Origin: a virus
DNA: 64,000 bases
IMG/VR virus record: IMGVR_UViG_3300046029_000094
Direction: 5' to 3' (one strand)
The notes under the pieces are model-generated. The model saw only the letters and a program-made list of their open reading frames with translations, had not been told where the DNA came from and did not search any database. The number at the start of each line of letters is the position of its first letter. The first letter of the stretch is position 1. Position numbers and translations under genes: made by a program. Below, piece after piece: positions 40,028 through 49,200 of this stretch.

Positions 40028-40056
40028 TTTATATAGGCTTCATAAATAGTCGTCAA
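40028..40056 (-). promoter_or_regulatory. sigma70-type promoter
   Basis: TTGACG-N17-TATAAA on the minus strand. Confidence 0.6.
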
Positions 40057-40157
40057 TATATTTAGATAATAAATGAGAAAATAATTTCGCGACATATTAG
40101 ATTGGATTATTGCTATCGCATTAAATATCCTCAGAAGCGTCACCTTGAATATTATCG

Positions 40158-40349
40158 ATGCCAAAAATCACACTCTTTAACGGCACCGCTCACGCGTTCG
40201 ACGCATTCGATGAGCGGTTCATCCTGCGAGGCAAATATCCTAATAACGCACTAGGCATCCACCTGACAAAATATCCTTCTGTTGCTGCGGAATATGCGGG
40301 ATTTTTCGATATCTGGTCACACTCTAGGCAACTCAAAAACCCCGATTAG
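40158..40349 (+). pseudogene. N-terminal fragment of an ADP-ribosyltransferase-fold-like protein
   Basis: LFNGT...FD.FD...LGIHLT..P.VA.EYA resembles ART strand 1-2 motifs; ORF stops after 63 aa. Confidence 0.35.
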
Positions 40350-40540
40350 TCGCGCTCTCGCACCTTTCCAATGCCGTTACAGCTACCGCATGGCGGTGTG
40401 CCATTGTGGTCGTAACGGCCGGAACCAATGCACGCAGTGCACGTCACCAGCTTGCGACCATACTCGGCCTCGAAACGCTTTTTGCGCTCCAGCTTTCTGA
40501 TCTGATAATCGTCGAGCAGATGTGACATTGAATTCTCCAT
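40346..40540 (-). CDS. small zinc-finger protein
   Basis: CTACIGSG...CGSCNGIG. Confidence 0.6.
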   Translation of the reverse strand: MENSMSHLLDDYQIRKLERKKRFEAEYGRKLVTCTACIGSGRYDHNGTPPCGSCNGIGKVRERD

Positions 40541-40685
40541 TATCGGTTCGAATTAAATCTACCGATTTATTTATCCCGTTATCAATTTATTGACAGTTTG
40601 TCACCTCGGAAATCACGTTTTTGTTGATTGTTTTCGATAATAATTTCGATGAATGATGTTTCATCATCAATGCAAGGAGCTATTA

Positions 40686-41063
40686 ATGACAGAAAAACTA
40701 AATTCATTTCAGCCTTACGCAATTGCCGTTCTGCGAATTATGACAGCGCTTCTCTTTTTTGCTCACGGTTCGCAAAAACTATTCGGCTTTCCCGTTGCTG
40801 GCCCTGATACACTATCAACTCTCTCACTGATTTCAGCTATTCTCGAAGTCGCAGGCGGAGTACTATTGGTCGTTGGCCTTTTCACACGTCCTGTCGCTTT
40901 TATTTTATCCGGCCATATGGCCTTCGCTTATTTCATCGCACATGCACCTCAGAGCTTCTATCCGGTTGCCAATGGCGGTGATGCGTCCATCCTGTTTAGC
41001 TTCGTCTTCCTGTTGCTCGTAACCACTGGCGCAGGCAAGTTTTCCTTCGACAACAAACGCTAA
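40686..41063 (+). CDS. DoxX family membrane protein
   Basis: LRI..ALLFF.HG.QKLFGFP, LE..GG.LL..GLFTRP.AFILSG.MA.AYF..H, GAGKFS.D. Confidence 0.92.
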   Translation: MTEKLNSFQPYAIAVLRIMTALLFFAHGSQKLFGFPVAGPDTLSTLSLISAILEVAGGVLLVVGLFTRPVAFILSGHMAFAYFIAHAPQSFYPVANGGDASILFSFVFLLLVTTGAGKFSFDNKR

Positions 41064-41143
41064 TAAAAAGCAAAAAGGCGGACATCGCGAGTTGTTCGCT
41101 GAAGCATCCAAATTGATGAAATATCAAATATGGCGAAATTAAA

Positions 41144-41650
41144 TTAGTGAAGACTGCGACGTCGAGTTTCATGGTTGTCGTTTTCCATTCGAAACTCGAC
41201 TTTCGCACCTTCATCATTGATACCTAGGTTCAGACTGTACATTTTTTCAACCGTTGCACTCGTCTGATCTATGTAGGGGTTATGGTTCTCATATCCAGGC
41301 GCTGCCCATTCCGTCCATACCCAGTTGTCGCCACTAATTTTCCTGTATCTTTCAGCATTGCGAAAATGTTCGGGTGAATACAGAGGAGGATCATACTCGT
41401 ACATAATAGTCTTTAAGAAATTCATTTCTTTCTCCATCTTCAGGTTAAGACAAGCACCTCTGCCGAACTCGTCTTCAATAGCAATAAGGGGATTCAGCAC
41501 CTCTTCAAATTCTGATAATCGAGATTTCTGTAATGCATCTAGATCATCGTTTTTTAGATGTCCGACAGTTTCTGCTGCTTCCCATACGCGACCTCTGTTG
41601 CAAACAACGATAGCTGCCTGAAAGGAAAGTTCAAAAATGATTGGATGCAT
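41144..41650 (-). CDS. hypothetical protein
   Basis: Start chosen at MHPII; no family recognised. Confidence 0.6.
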   Translation of the reverse strand: MHPIIFELSFQAAIVVCNRGRVWEAAETVGHLKNDDLDALQKSRLSEFEEVLNPLIAIEDEFGRGACLNLKMEKEMNFLKTIMYEYDPPLYSPEHFRNAERYRKISGDNWVWTEWAAPGYENHNPYIDQTSATVEKMYSLNLGINDEGAKVEFRMENDNHETRRRSLH

Positions 41651-41858
41651 ATTTGCTACCTGATTGGCGTTAAGGAATACAAATATGGTCATTGAATAAA
41701 CAATCGTCGTCAATAATGTCTAAGTATATAAATAAGAGTAGGAATATGACCTTTGCCACCACCCGCGATCCGTTCACATGCGCAAAGTGAGCTATCGCAA
41801 TTGTATCTTGCCACAAATGCAGTCAATTTCATCCAATGAAATTAATCAAAGGCGTAAC

Positions 41859-42623
41859 ATGACTCTCCCAGTGCTTTTTGAAGGCTTTATGATGCTTCAG
41901 GATATCGGCAATGAATTTCCGGTTCCATATCTGTCTCCTGTCGGCAATGCCTCCAGCTTTCACGAGGCCTATAGTAGCTTCATCAAGCCAACCGAATTGG
42001 AAGCCCGTGGCGTGATTTGTCGAGACCATTCCGATTATCTCAGTGATCTCAGCAACGATGCTCTAGCACAACTGGAAACATGGGAGCCAACTGCATTCGT
42101 CATGAAGGTGACCGTCGACTTTAAAGGTGACATTTACATCCCGAGAGATGGTTTAACCTTAACCAAGGAAGAAGTTTACGAAAGCGCCAATATGGAAATC
42201 CCGAGGACACTACATGCCCACGTCCCGAAGCAGGTCGATCAGGATGCCGATATCAATTCGGAAGATGTGAAATTCGCGATAGCATTTGTCCGACTTCGCC
42301 TAAAACAACCTGATCAGCTGCAACTATTCAACACTATCCTTAGTCGCGCTCTAAAGGGTAACGATCCTGAATTCACAAACTCATTTGTAAAATGGCTTGG
42401 TCCCGATGGAGGCACTATTATCCTTCGAGACGAATTGTGTCGCCCATTTCAGTCGATATTTGAACACCGGAAGGTTGAAGGACGTCAGAACCTATCGTGG
42501 CAAAACGCATGGACCGGGATCGATAGCGCCAAGCTCGCATACAGAGAAGAATTCAGGGTTGGCAGCCTAATGACGTCGGAAAACAACGATGAAGACACAT
42601 CATATGCGACGCCACGGATGTAA
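41859..42623 (+). CDS. hypothetical protein (...NDEDTSYATPRM)
   Basis: Start chosen at MTLPV after AAGG. Confidence 0.7.
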   Translation: MTLPVLFEGFMMLQDIGNEFPVPYLSPVGNASSFHEAYSSFIKPTELEARGVICRDHSDYLSDLSNDALAQLETWEPTAFVMKVTVDFKGDIYIPRDGLTLTKEEVYESANMEIPRTLHAHVPKQVDQDADINSEDVKFAIAFVRLRLKQPDQLQLFNTILSRALKGNDPEFTNSFVKWLGPDGGTIILRDELCRPFQSIFEHRKVEGRQNLSWQNAWTGIDSAKLAYREEFRVGSLMTSENNDEDTSYATPRM

Positions 42624-42727
42624 ATTTCGTGATATCTTACAAATGTTCGATATCAGTTGAACTAAATGCAGGCGGCCACCAAGTGATATCCGTCTGCATT
42701 TCACTTACCAACCTTTGAATACTTCAC

Positions 42728-42949
42728 CTATCTTCTTTTAAGCCGTATAATCCAGTGAAGCGAAATCGCTACGTGAAGCACCCAGCAAGCAATTGCAAAC
42801 TTGAGCGGTATGCCAGTCCATATTCCCTTGTCGGTAAAAACAAAGATCAAAATGCCATTGAGAAAACAAATAAGGGCATTTGTGGCCGAATAGTACATTA
42901 TATTATCCCAAAGATATGGGCTTCTATTATCTATTAAATTATCATCCAT
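42728..42949 (-). CDS. small two-TM membrane protein
   Basis: Two hydrophobic segments, basic C-terminus. Confidence 0.45.
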   Translation of the reverse strand: MDDNLIDNRSPYLWDNIMYYSATNALICFLNGILIFVFTDKGIWTGIPLKFAIACWVLHVAISLHWIIRLKRR

Positions 42950-43147
42950 AATCGCTACACCTGCTTTTTGTCTTAATTAACATTTCACCTTTTACAACCG
43001 ATACTGTCAACAAGTTTTCGGTTTAAAATCTATAACAGAGCGCAATTCATATAGTTCTTGATCCTGGGTTGAATCACCATAAACCTTGCGAGATGTGACC
43101 TAAGCTGTCGCGCATCCCATAATTTCATTACTGTCGTTACGCAACTC

Positions 43148-45037
43148 TTACGCCGCGTAGCGCTTGATCACGCTCAGGAACTCGGTGCCAAATCTGTCGA
43201 GCTTTGCCTGCCCGACACCCTTGATTAACATCATCTCTGAGCCATTGCGCGGACGCTGTTCGGACATTTCCTTGAGGGCGCTGTCGTGAATAACGTAATA
43301 CTTCTTCAGGCCCAGCTGACGAGCGATACGGTTACGTTCCCGACGAAGAGCTTCCAGAAGTGGTGACCCCTTCGACGACTTGCGACGGCTTGAACCGGAC
43401 GACACGTAGTCACCGTCTTCACGGGGCTTGCGAGGTGTGCGCGACGTGGCCGCACGAGCTGACGGCTTACTACCCACTTTTTTTACGGAAGTCTCAATCT
43501 GAACCTTCTCGGCATTCAGTTCGAATGCAGCACCATTGAGAACTGCCTGGCCAGCTTCAGTCACGCTGATGTAGCCGTAGTTGGACAGATTAACTTGCAG
43601 AAGGCCCGACGACAGCATTTGACGGACATACGAAGACCATTCGTGGTCCTTGGCATCGACCGCGTTGAACTCGTTACGGATGGCGACGCTCGCGTCCTTG
43701 ATCTTCGAGGTCGAGGTGCAGGCAAACGAAACGATGTCGTAAGCGTCGTAACGCTCGCCAACTTCATTCAACAGCTTGATGACAGCCTTGGCCTCGGCCG
43801 AGCCGTCACGCGTCTGAACAGGCGTCACGCAGATATCGCAGTTGCCGCACGAACCAGCATAGGTCTCACCGAAATAATTCAGGACGGCCTTACGGCGACA
43901 CGATACTGTCTCGCACACACCAAGCATGGCATCGAGTTTCGCATAATTTGTACGCTTATTCGATGTAGACCCGTTGCCCTTATGGATCATGCGACGGCGC
44001 TTGGAAATGTCGCCCGCATTATAAAACGTCAGGGTATCTGCTTTCTGACCATCACGGCCAGCTCGACCTGTTTCCTGATACCAGGCTTCGAGGCTCGACG
44101 ACAAATCAGGATGAACAATGAAGCGGATGTCTGACTTGTCGATACCCATACCGAAGGCGACAGTGGCGACCAGAATGTCCACCTGGCCATCCATGAATGC
44201 CTGTTGGTTGTCATAACGATCAGCATCAGACATACCAGCATGATATGCGAGAGTGGTGAAGCCTTCATCTTTTAGCCACTGAGCGGTCTTCTCAACGGTG
44301 TTGCGGCCAATGCAATAAACGATACCGCTCTCGCCTTTACGAGCATTCAGGAAGTCGATGATCTGCGCTTTAGATTTTTTGCTCTTTGGCTTGATCGAGT
44401 ACGAAATGTTCGGGCGGTCGAAGCTGGACTTGAAAACTTGAGCATCTGCAATGTCGATAGACGTCAGAATGTCCTCAACGGTTTCAGGATCGGCTGTAGC
44501 AGTGACCGCAACAACAGGTACATTCGGGAATTTCTGCTTGAGAAGACCGAGGTTTCGATAGTCAGGACGGAAATCATGACCCCACTGAGACACACAGTGC
44601 GCTTCATCGATACCGAACAGTGCAATATCGATTTCACCCAGAAGCTTCTGGAACTGCGCATTGGAAAAACGCTCAGGTGTCACGTACAGAAGTTCGAGAT
44701 CGCCAGAGATTAGACGAGCTTTGATTTCCTTTTGTTCAGTAGCCGGAACCGTCGAATTAAGCGTTGCAGCTTCAATTCCATGAAACTCTAGAAAATCCAG
44801 CTGATCCTGCATTAGAGAGATCAATGGAGAAACAATGATTCCGACGCCATCGCGACAAATGGATGGCACCATATAACAAATAGATTTCCCACCACCTGTA
44901 GGCATCAGAACCAAGGAATCATTGCCATCAACAACATGACTTACGACTTCGCCCTGCAAAGGACGAAAACCATCAAAACCAAATGACTGCTTGAGAACGG
45001 TGAGGGGATTTAAAACCATTTTGGTGGTTCCTTTCAT
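43148..45037 (-). CDS. recQ: ATP-dependent DNA helicase RecQ
   Basis: [66 protein letters not shown]...YFGE..CGNCDIC (RQC zinc), C-terminal HRDC. Confidence 0.97.
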   Translation of the reverse strand: MKGTTKMVLNPLTVLKQSFGFDGFRPLQGEVVSHVVDGNDSLVLMPTGGGKSICYMVPSICRDGVGIIVSPLISLMQDQLDFLEFHGIEAATLNSTVPATEQKEIKARLISGDLELLYVTPERFSNAQFQKLLGEIDIALFGIDEAHCVSQWGHDFRPDYRNLGLLKQKFPNVPVVAVTATADPETVEDILTSIDIADAQVFKSSFDRPNISYSIKPKSKKSKAQIIDFLNARKGESGIVYCIGRNTVEKTAQWLKDEGFTTLAYHAGMSDADRYDNQQAFMDGQVDILVATVAFGMGIDKSDIRFIVHPDLSSSLEAWYQETGRAGRDGQKADTLTFYNAGDISKRRRMIHKGNGSTSNKRTNYAKLDAMLGVCETVSCRRKAVLNYFGETYAGSCGNCDICVTPVQTRDGSAEAKAVIKLLNEVGERYDAYDIVSFACTSTSKIKDASVAIRNEFNAVDAKDHEWSSYVRQMLSSGLLQVNLSNYGYISVTEAGQAVLNGAAFELNAEKVQIETSVKKVGSKPSARAATSRTPRKPREDGDYVSSGSSRRKSSKGSPLLEALRRERNRIARQLGLKKYYVIHDSALKEMSEQRPRNGSEMMLIKGVGQAKLDRFGTEFLSVIKRYAA

Positions 45038-45137
45038 TGAAAACTCTTTACGAATTTCAAATGAAGAAGTCAACAATACTGTGACAATAATAAGCTTATT
45101 GTTGCGTTTATTTAAGGATATCTAACAATATTTTTCT

Positions 45138-45238
45138 AACAATAGGGTCAGTCCCCGATTTTATTGCGATTAAAAATAAGCCTTGAATCTACTGGGTTTT
45201 ATTGTACCTTCAAAAAATTGGGGTCTGACCCTATTGTT
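45138..45238. repeat. 23-bp imperfect inverted repeat pair in the array leader region
   Basis: AACAATAGGGTCAGTCCCCGATT (45138-45160) versus AATTGGGGTCTGACCCTATTGTT (45216-45238); 2 mismatches. Confidence 0.8.
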
Positions 45239-45283
45239 CTTTGAAATTGTTGCTGCGCCTACATTATCCCTCTTTTCGGGAGA

Positions 45284-45491
45284 GCTAACCGCCGCACAGG
45301 CGGCTCTGAATTTGCCTGATCGATCAGGCGTCTCCATCCGGTGGCTAACCGCCGCACAGGCGGCTCTGAATACAGTGCCCATCGCAGAAGAACTCCACGA
45401 ACGGCTAACCGCCGCACAGGCGGCTCTGAATATACTAACGATGCGTAGCGATTTTTTCTTCTCGTTAACCGCCGCACAGGCGGATTATTTT
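45284..45491 (+). CRISPR. orphan type I-F-like mini array: 4 repeats (last degenerate), 3 spacers
   Basis: 28-bp repeat GCTAACCGCCGCACAGGCGGCTCTGAAT at 45284, 45344, 45404; degenerate GTTAACCGCCGCACAGGCGGATTATTTT at 45464; three unique 32-bp spacers; CCGCC-GCACA-GGCGG hairpin. Confidence 0.9.
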
Positions 45492-45516
45492 AAATTAAAT
45501 TGCTACAGCGGCGTTT

Positions 45517-46515
45517 TTACGAACGGCCGCCTATCAGCCTCTGCTCAACAGCCGAACGCACGACTTCAGCGATCATTGGAACTGGAACAGAGTTTCCGAT
45601 CTGCTTATATGCTGCAGTTGGGTTCTGATGAATTATAAAATTGTCTCCAAATCCCTGAAGACGATAACACTCTTTCATCGTCAGTTTTCTAACTTTGCCA
45701 TCAATGAAAATCCAATAACGTCCAGAGCTTTCTCCAGCTGCCAACGTAGGATGTGTTCCAGATGAACAATAAATTCTATTTGGTTGCTTATGGACCCTGG
45801 ATAGATGTTCTGTACCTTCACGGACACCGACTTTTCTTAAATTTCGGTTCCTGTATCCTACGAAACGAAGTCCCGAAAGGGGCTGTCTCTTAATAACGTC
45901 ATCAGATAGAAGTGTGTAATCGTTCGCATTTAGATATTCAAATTCCGCATCTTTCTCAAGTATCGAGGCCATGCTCATAGATTTATTTTGAATTAAATTG
46001 TCAAAATTAAATGATTTATCCAAAGAAGCGACGACTATTGTTCTCTCTCTGTTTTGTGGTAATCCAAAATTTACAGCATTTAATATACTGTAGGAAACAT
46101 GATATCCGGATTCAACAAGAGTATTAATGATGACATTCATCGTGTCGCCACCATCGTGGTCCTTCAGATGTTTAACGTTTTCTAGAATTAAACATTTCGT
46201 TTTATGGTAACGTGCAATTCTCATTATATGGAAAAACAGCGTTCCACGAGTGTCTTCAAAACCTTTTTTAAAGCCACAGATCGAAAATGGCTGACACGGA
46301 AACCCCGCAAACAACACATCATGTGACGGAATATCTGATTCGTTCACCTTTGTTATATCACCAACGGGTTTCTCACCATAATTTAATTGATATGTGGCAG
46401 CGGCACTTTCATTGATTTCAGAAGAAAATACACATTGGCCGCCGTTTATTTCAGCAGCGGTGCGAATGCCACCTATACCTGCAAACAAATCAATAAATCT
46501 AAAAGCCACCGACAA
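45517..46515 (-). CDS. DNA (cytosine-5)-methyltransferase, apparently orphan
   Basis: FIDLFAGIGG, GFPCQPFS, ENV, PQNRER, RKLT..EC.RLQGF, YKQIGNSV. Confidence 0.95.
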   Translation of the reverse strand: MSVAFRFIDLFAGIGGIRTAAEINGGQCVFSSEINESAAATYQLNYGEKPVGDITKVNESDIPSHDVLFAGFPCQPFSICGFKKGFEDTRGTLFFHIMRIARYHKTKCLILENVKHLKDHDGGDTMNVIINTLVESGYHVSYSILNAVNFGLPQNRERTIVVASLDKSFNFDNLIQNKSMSMASILEKDAEFEYLNANDYTLLSDDVIKRQPLSGLRFVGYRNRNLRKVGVREGTEHLSRVHKQPNRIYCSSGTHPTLAAGESSGRYWIFIDGKVRKLTMKECYRLQGFGDNFIIHQNPTAAYKQIGNSVPVPMIAEVVRSAVEQRLIGGRS

Positions 46516-46686
46516 AACGCTCCAAATTATATAAATATGAACTAATGATAGTGTGGCCGATATTTTGAATTATCCAAGTCGAATATTACCAGTTTTTTGC
46601 GTATTTTTAATTTGCAGATTACGTTAATTACATTAATCTCAAAGATCATTATTTCTGACATCTGTTTCAAATTAAAGGGTACCCGA

Positions 46687-47103
46687 ATGAGCTTTGACAA
46701 AGAAATCGGTGATTTTATCTACGAACTCATTAAATCCACACAGGGCAACAAGACGCTGACACCTAAATTGAGATCCCTTCTTGAAGCGCATCTGAGAGCA
46801 TTTGACGCTGAAAAAGATAACAACACAGCAAAAGGTGTCATAGCAGTAGCGATCAACCCAAATGGCTTAGTAGTGTCTAACGGAAGCTGTTTTGAGAATT
46901 TTGCTCCAGGCGGTATGCGCATTGATGAAAGCCAGCGCAGACGCGCTTTAGAGAGTATGAAGCTAGATTTCACACGAACGCATCTCAATCATTTTATGTC
47001 CGAAAAACTTGATATCTATTTCGCTTCTGACTTCTGGGAGCAGGCAACCAAGAACGGATATCGTGTAGAAATCATCAATGTCGGGTATCCAAAACCCGAT
47101 TAG
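46687..47103 (+). CDS. hypothetical protein
   Basis: Start chosen at MSFDK. Confidence 0.65.
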   Translation: MSFDKEIGDFIYELIKSTQGNKTLTPKLRSLLEAHLRAFDAEKDNNTAKGVIAVAINPNGLVVSNGSCFENFAPGGMRIDESQRRRALESMKLDFTRTHLNHFMSEKLDIYFASDFWEQATKNGYRVEIINVGYPKPD

Positions 47104-47185
47104 AAAAGTCGCATCGATAATAATAAATATAATTCAGTTGCTTATTACTATAGCCGATTTTATTGCTTGCGAATATATTGCACCT

Positions 47186-47446
47186 CTATCTTGAGGTGCT
47201 TTTCTTTATATAATTTTTACTCTTAGTTTTCTTAGCAGTTCTAATTTGTTGCTGTTTCAACTTAATGCATTGTATTGACCACTTTTCTCCCTTCATGGCA
47301 CATGGATCAACAATCCGCATTCCGACATTGAACTGAGCGACGGGAGTCTGTGCTGCCGCGATATTAATCTGGAAAATAGACGTTACTAAACCCAAGACCG
47401 CCAAACCAATACCCGATTTCTTTATAAGCGACTTATTTTCGGCCAT
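47186..47446 (-). CDS. small exported protein
   Basis: Signal-peptide-like N-terminus, two Cys, basic tail; AGGAG RBS. Confidence 0.6.
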   Translation of the reverse strand: MAENKSLIKKSGIGLAVLGLVTSIFQINIAAAQTPVAQFNVGMRIVDPCAMKGEKWSIQCIKLKQQQIRTAKKTKSKNYIKKSTSR

Positions 47447-47632
47447 TATGTTTCTCCTCCCCCTATAAACTCGTGCATTGTCGCGATATATTATTTCGAT
47501 TGTGTTCAGTACCTTAGCTTCTTTATACCAAATATTTCAGACGCATCTATTGATGTTGTTGAATGTGGCTGCTAATTATTATTTCAGATAACCATAATAT
47601 ATATTTTTTGCAACTGTTCTAGGATTAAAAAT

Positions 47633-48598
47633 ATGCTGAAACTCATGACACTGTCATTAGCATCTTCGGTGTTGGCAAGCATAGTGACTTTTTCACACGC
47701 GGCTGACACTAAAATTCTATTCCGCTACAATTCCAATGGAACTCTGGCTACAAAGCCCCCCGAAACTGACGGCGGCGAGACGAACAAAAAACCTCGATTT
47801 ATAGATGGCATTGTATCGCGTACTACAGGATCGCACCCACAGTCTTCAGCTCAACCCTACGTAAAGGTTTATGGAAACGGTAAATATTCAGGCTCGGGAG
47901 TGATGCAATTTATTGCGACTGGCTTCAAGTCTGAGCCAAGTATTTCAACAAACGTTCCAAACTCTTATGGCGTTATCATGCCTATTCCAGCTGGAACTGC
48001 TCCTGAAATAACAGAGGATTCCTATCTATCTTATCACATGGTCAATTTCAATTATGGTGACAATATTAAAACTGGGAATATAACTTTTACTGGGGACGGT
48101 GAAACTATCACAACAAGCTTTGATTTAGACCGACAAGATTTTGATCATGCACCATTATCCATTTCAACGGCTTCTTGGCCAGATCTGATTGATATAACGT
48201 CAACTGAGCAAAGAACATTTGATACAAATTTTATTATGGTGCGCGGAGGCGTTCCTCCCTACAATGCTGTTTTGAATGTTGTTGGGTCGTCATTCCCTAG
48301 CGATAGCATGACACCATTTACTTCGGAGAATATTATTGACGCACTTAATTTTGCAGCTGACAGGGGGGCCAACTTTGAAATAGCAAACAGTCCTATGACG
48401 GAGGTTGAGCTACCTCTTGGCCCAATTATTGAAGCCAATGCTTGTTCTGGGGAAGACGGTAGCATTTCAGAGACAAGCTTTTCAATAACCATATCAGACT
48501 CGATTGGCTCAACCGTTAAATCACCTGTCCAGATACTGCGCTACACACCTAATGGCCCTCATTGCATACGATTTTGGGGCTTACCTAGATCGTATTAA
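47633..48598 (+). CDS. secreted hypothetical protein with FRY motif after the signal peptide
   Basis: ...SHA-ADTKILFRY; Ig-like GGVPPY segment. Confidence 0.75.
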   Translation: MLKLMTLSLASSVLASIVTFSHAADTKILFRYNSNGTLATKPPETDGGETNKKPRFIDGIVSRTTGSHPQSSAQPYVKVYGNGKYSGSGVMQFIATGFKSEPSISTNVPNSYGVIMPIPAGTAPEITEDSYLSYHMVNFNYGDNIKTGNITFTGDGETITTSFDLDRQDFDHAPLSISTASWPDLIDITSTEQRTFDTNFIMVRGGVPPYNAVLNVVGSSFPSDSMTPFTSENIIDALNFAADRGANFEIANSPMTEVELPLGPIIEANACSGEDGSISETSFSITISDSIGSTVKSPVQILRYTPNGPHCIRFWGLPRSY

Positions 48599-49200
48599 TT
48601 CTCTTGTTATTTTCATAACTTAACATTAGAAATAAATTAAAACTCCTTGATAATAAGATGATTATTTCTGATATTCCGCAGACCTCGGATGGCAAAATTG
48701 ACCTTCAATCCATAAGACTTCCTGATACTGAAGAACGGGTTAGAATTCTTGAAGCCTCGCTATCTCTGGAAATTTTGGCGGAGATTGGCTCTGGTATTCA
48801 AGGACGATGCTTCCTTCTTAATGATCAAAAAGTTTTCAAGATCACTGATTGCGAAGAAGAGGCGGCGTTAGCTTCTTACCTCGTCGATAATCCGAATGCT
48901 CTCTTTCCTAAAATTGATAGCGTACATCGAATGGTGGACGAATTCGGACCATATTTCGCTATAATCCGAGAAGAAGTCGGTGACGTTTTTGATGAAATGA
49001 ATGATGATAATGGCGATAAGCAGCGCATCTGCCGTATCGTTTGGCCATTCCTTAATGGCAACTATGAATTGGTAGAGGATCCAGTTTTTAAATTGGCTGT
49101 CAAAAAGCATCCTGAAGACATTCAAAAGCTGACTGACGTCTATATCTCGTTGAACGAATATGCTCAAAAGACAGGCATCACTGTCACTGACCTCGTCTTC

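Noticed and set aside
39886..40164. 92-aa minus-strand ORF as a real gene
   Set aside because: It spans a promoter, the RNA motif and a terminator; better explained as non-coding leader, though a short leader peptide is not fully excluded.
45517..47103. Complete type II restriction-modification system
   Set aside because: The neighbouring ORF at 46687 shows no PD-(D/E)xK, HNH or GIY-YIG motif I can support.
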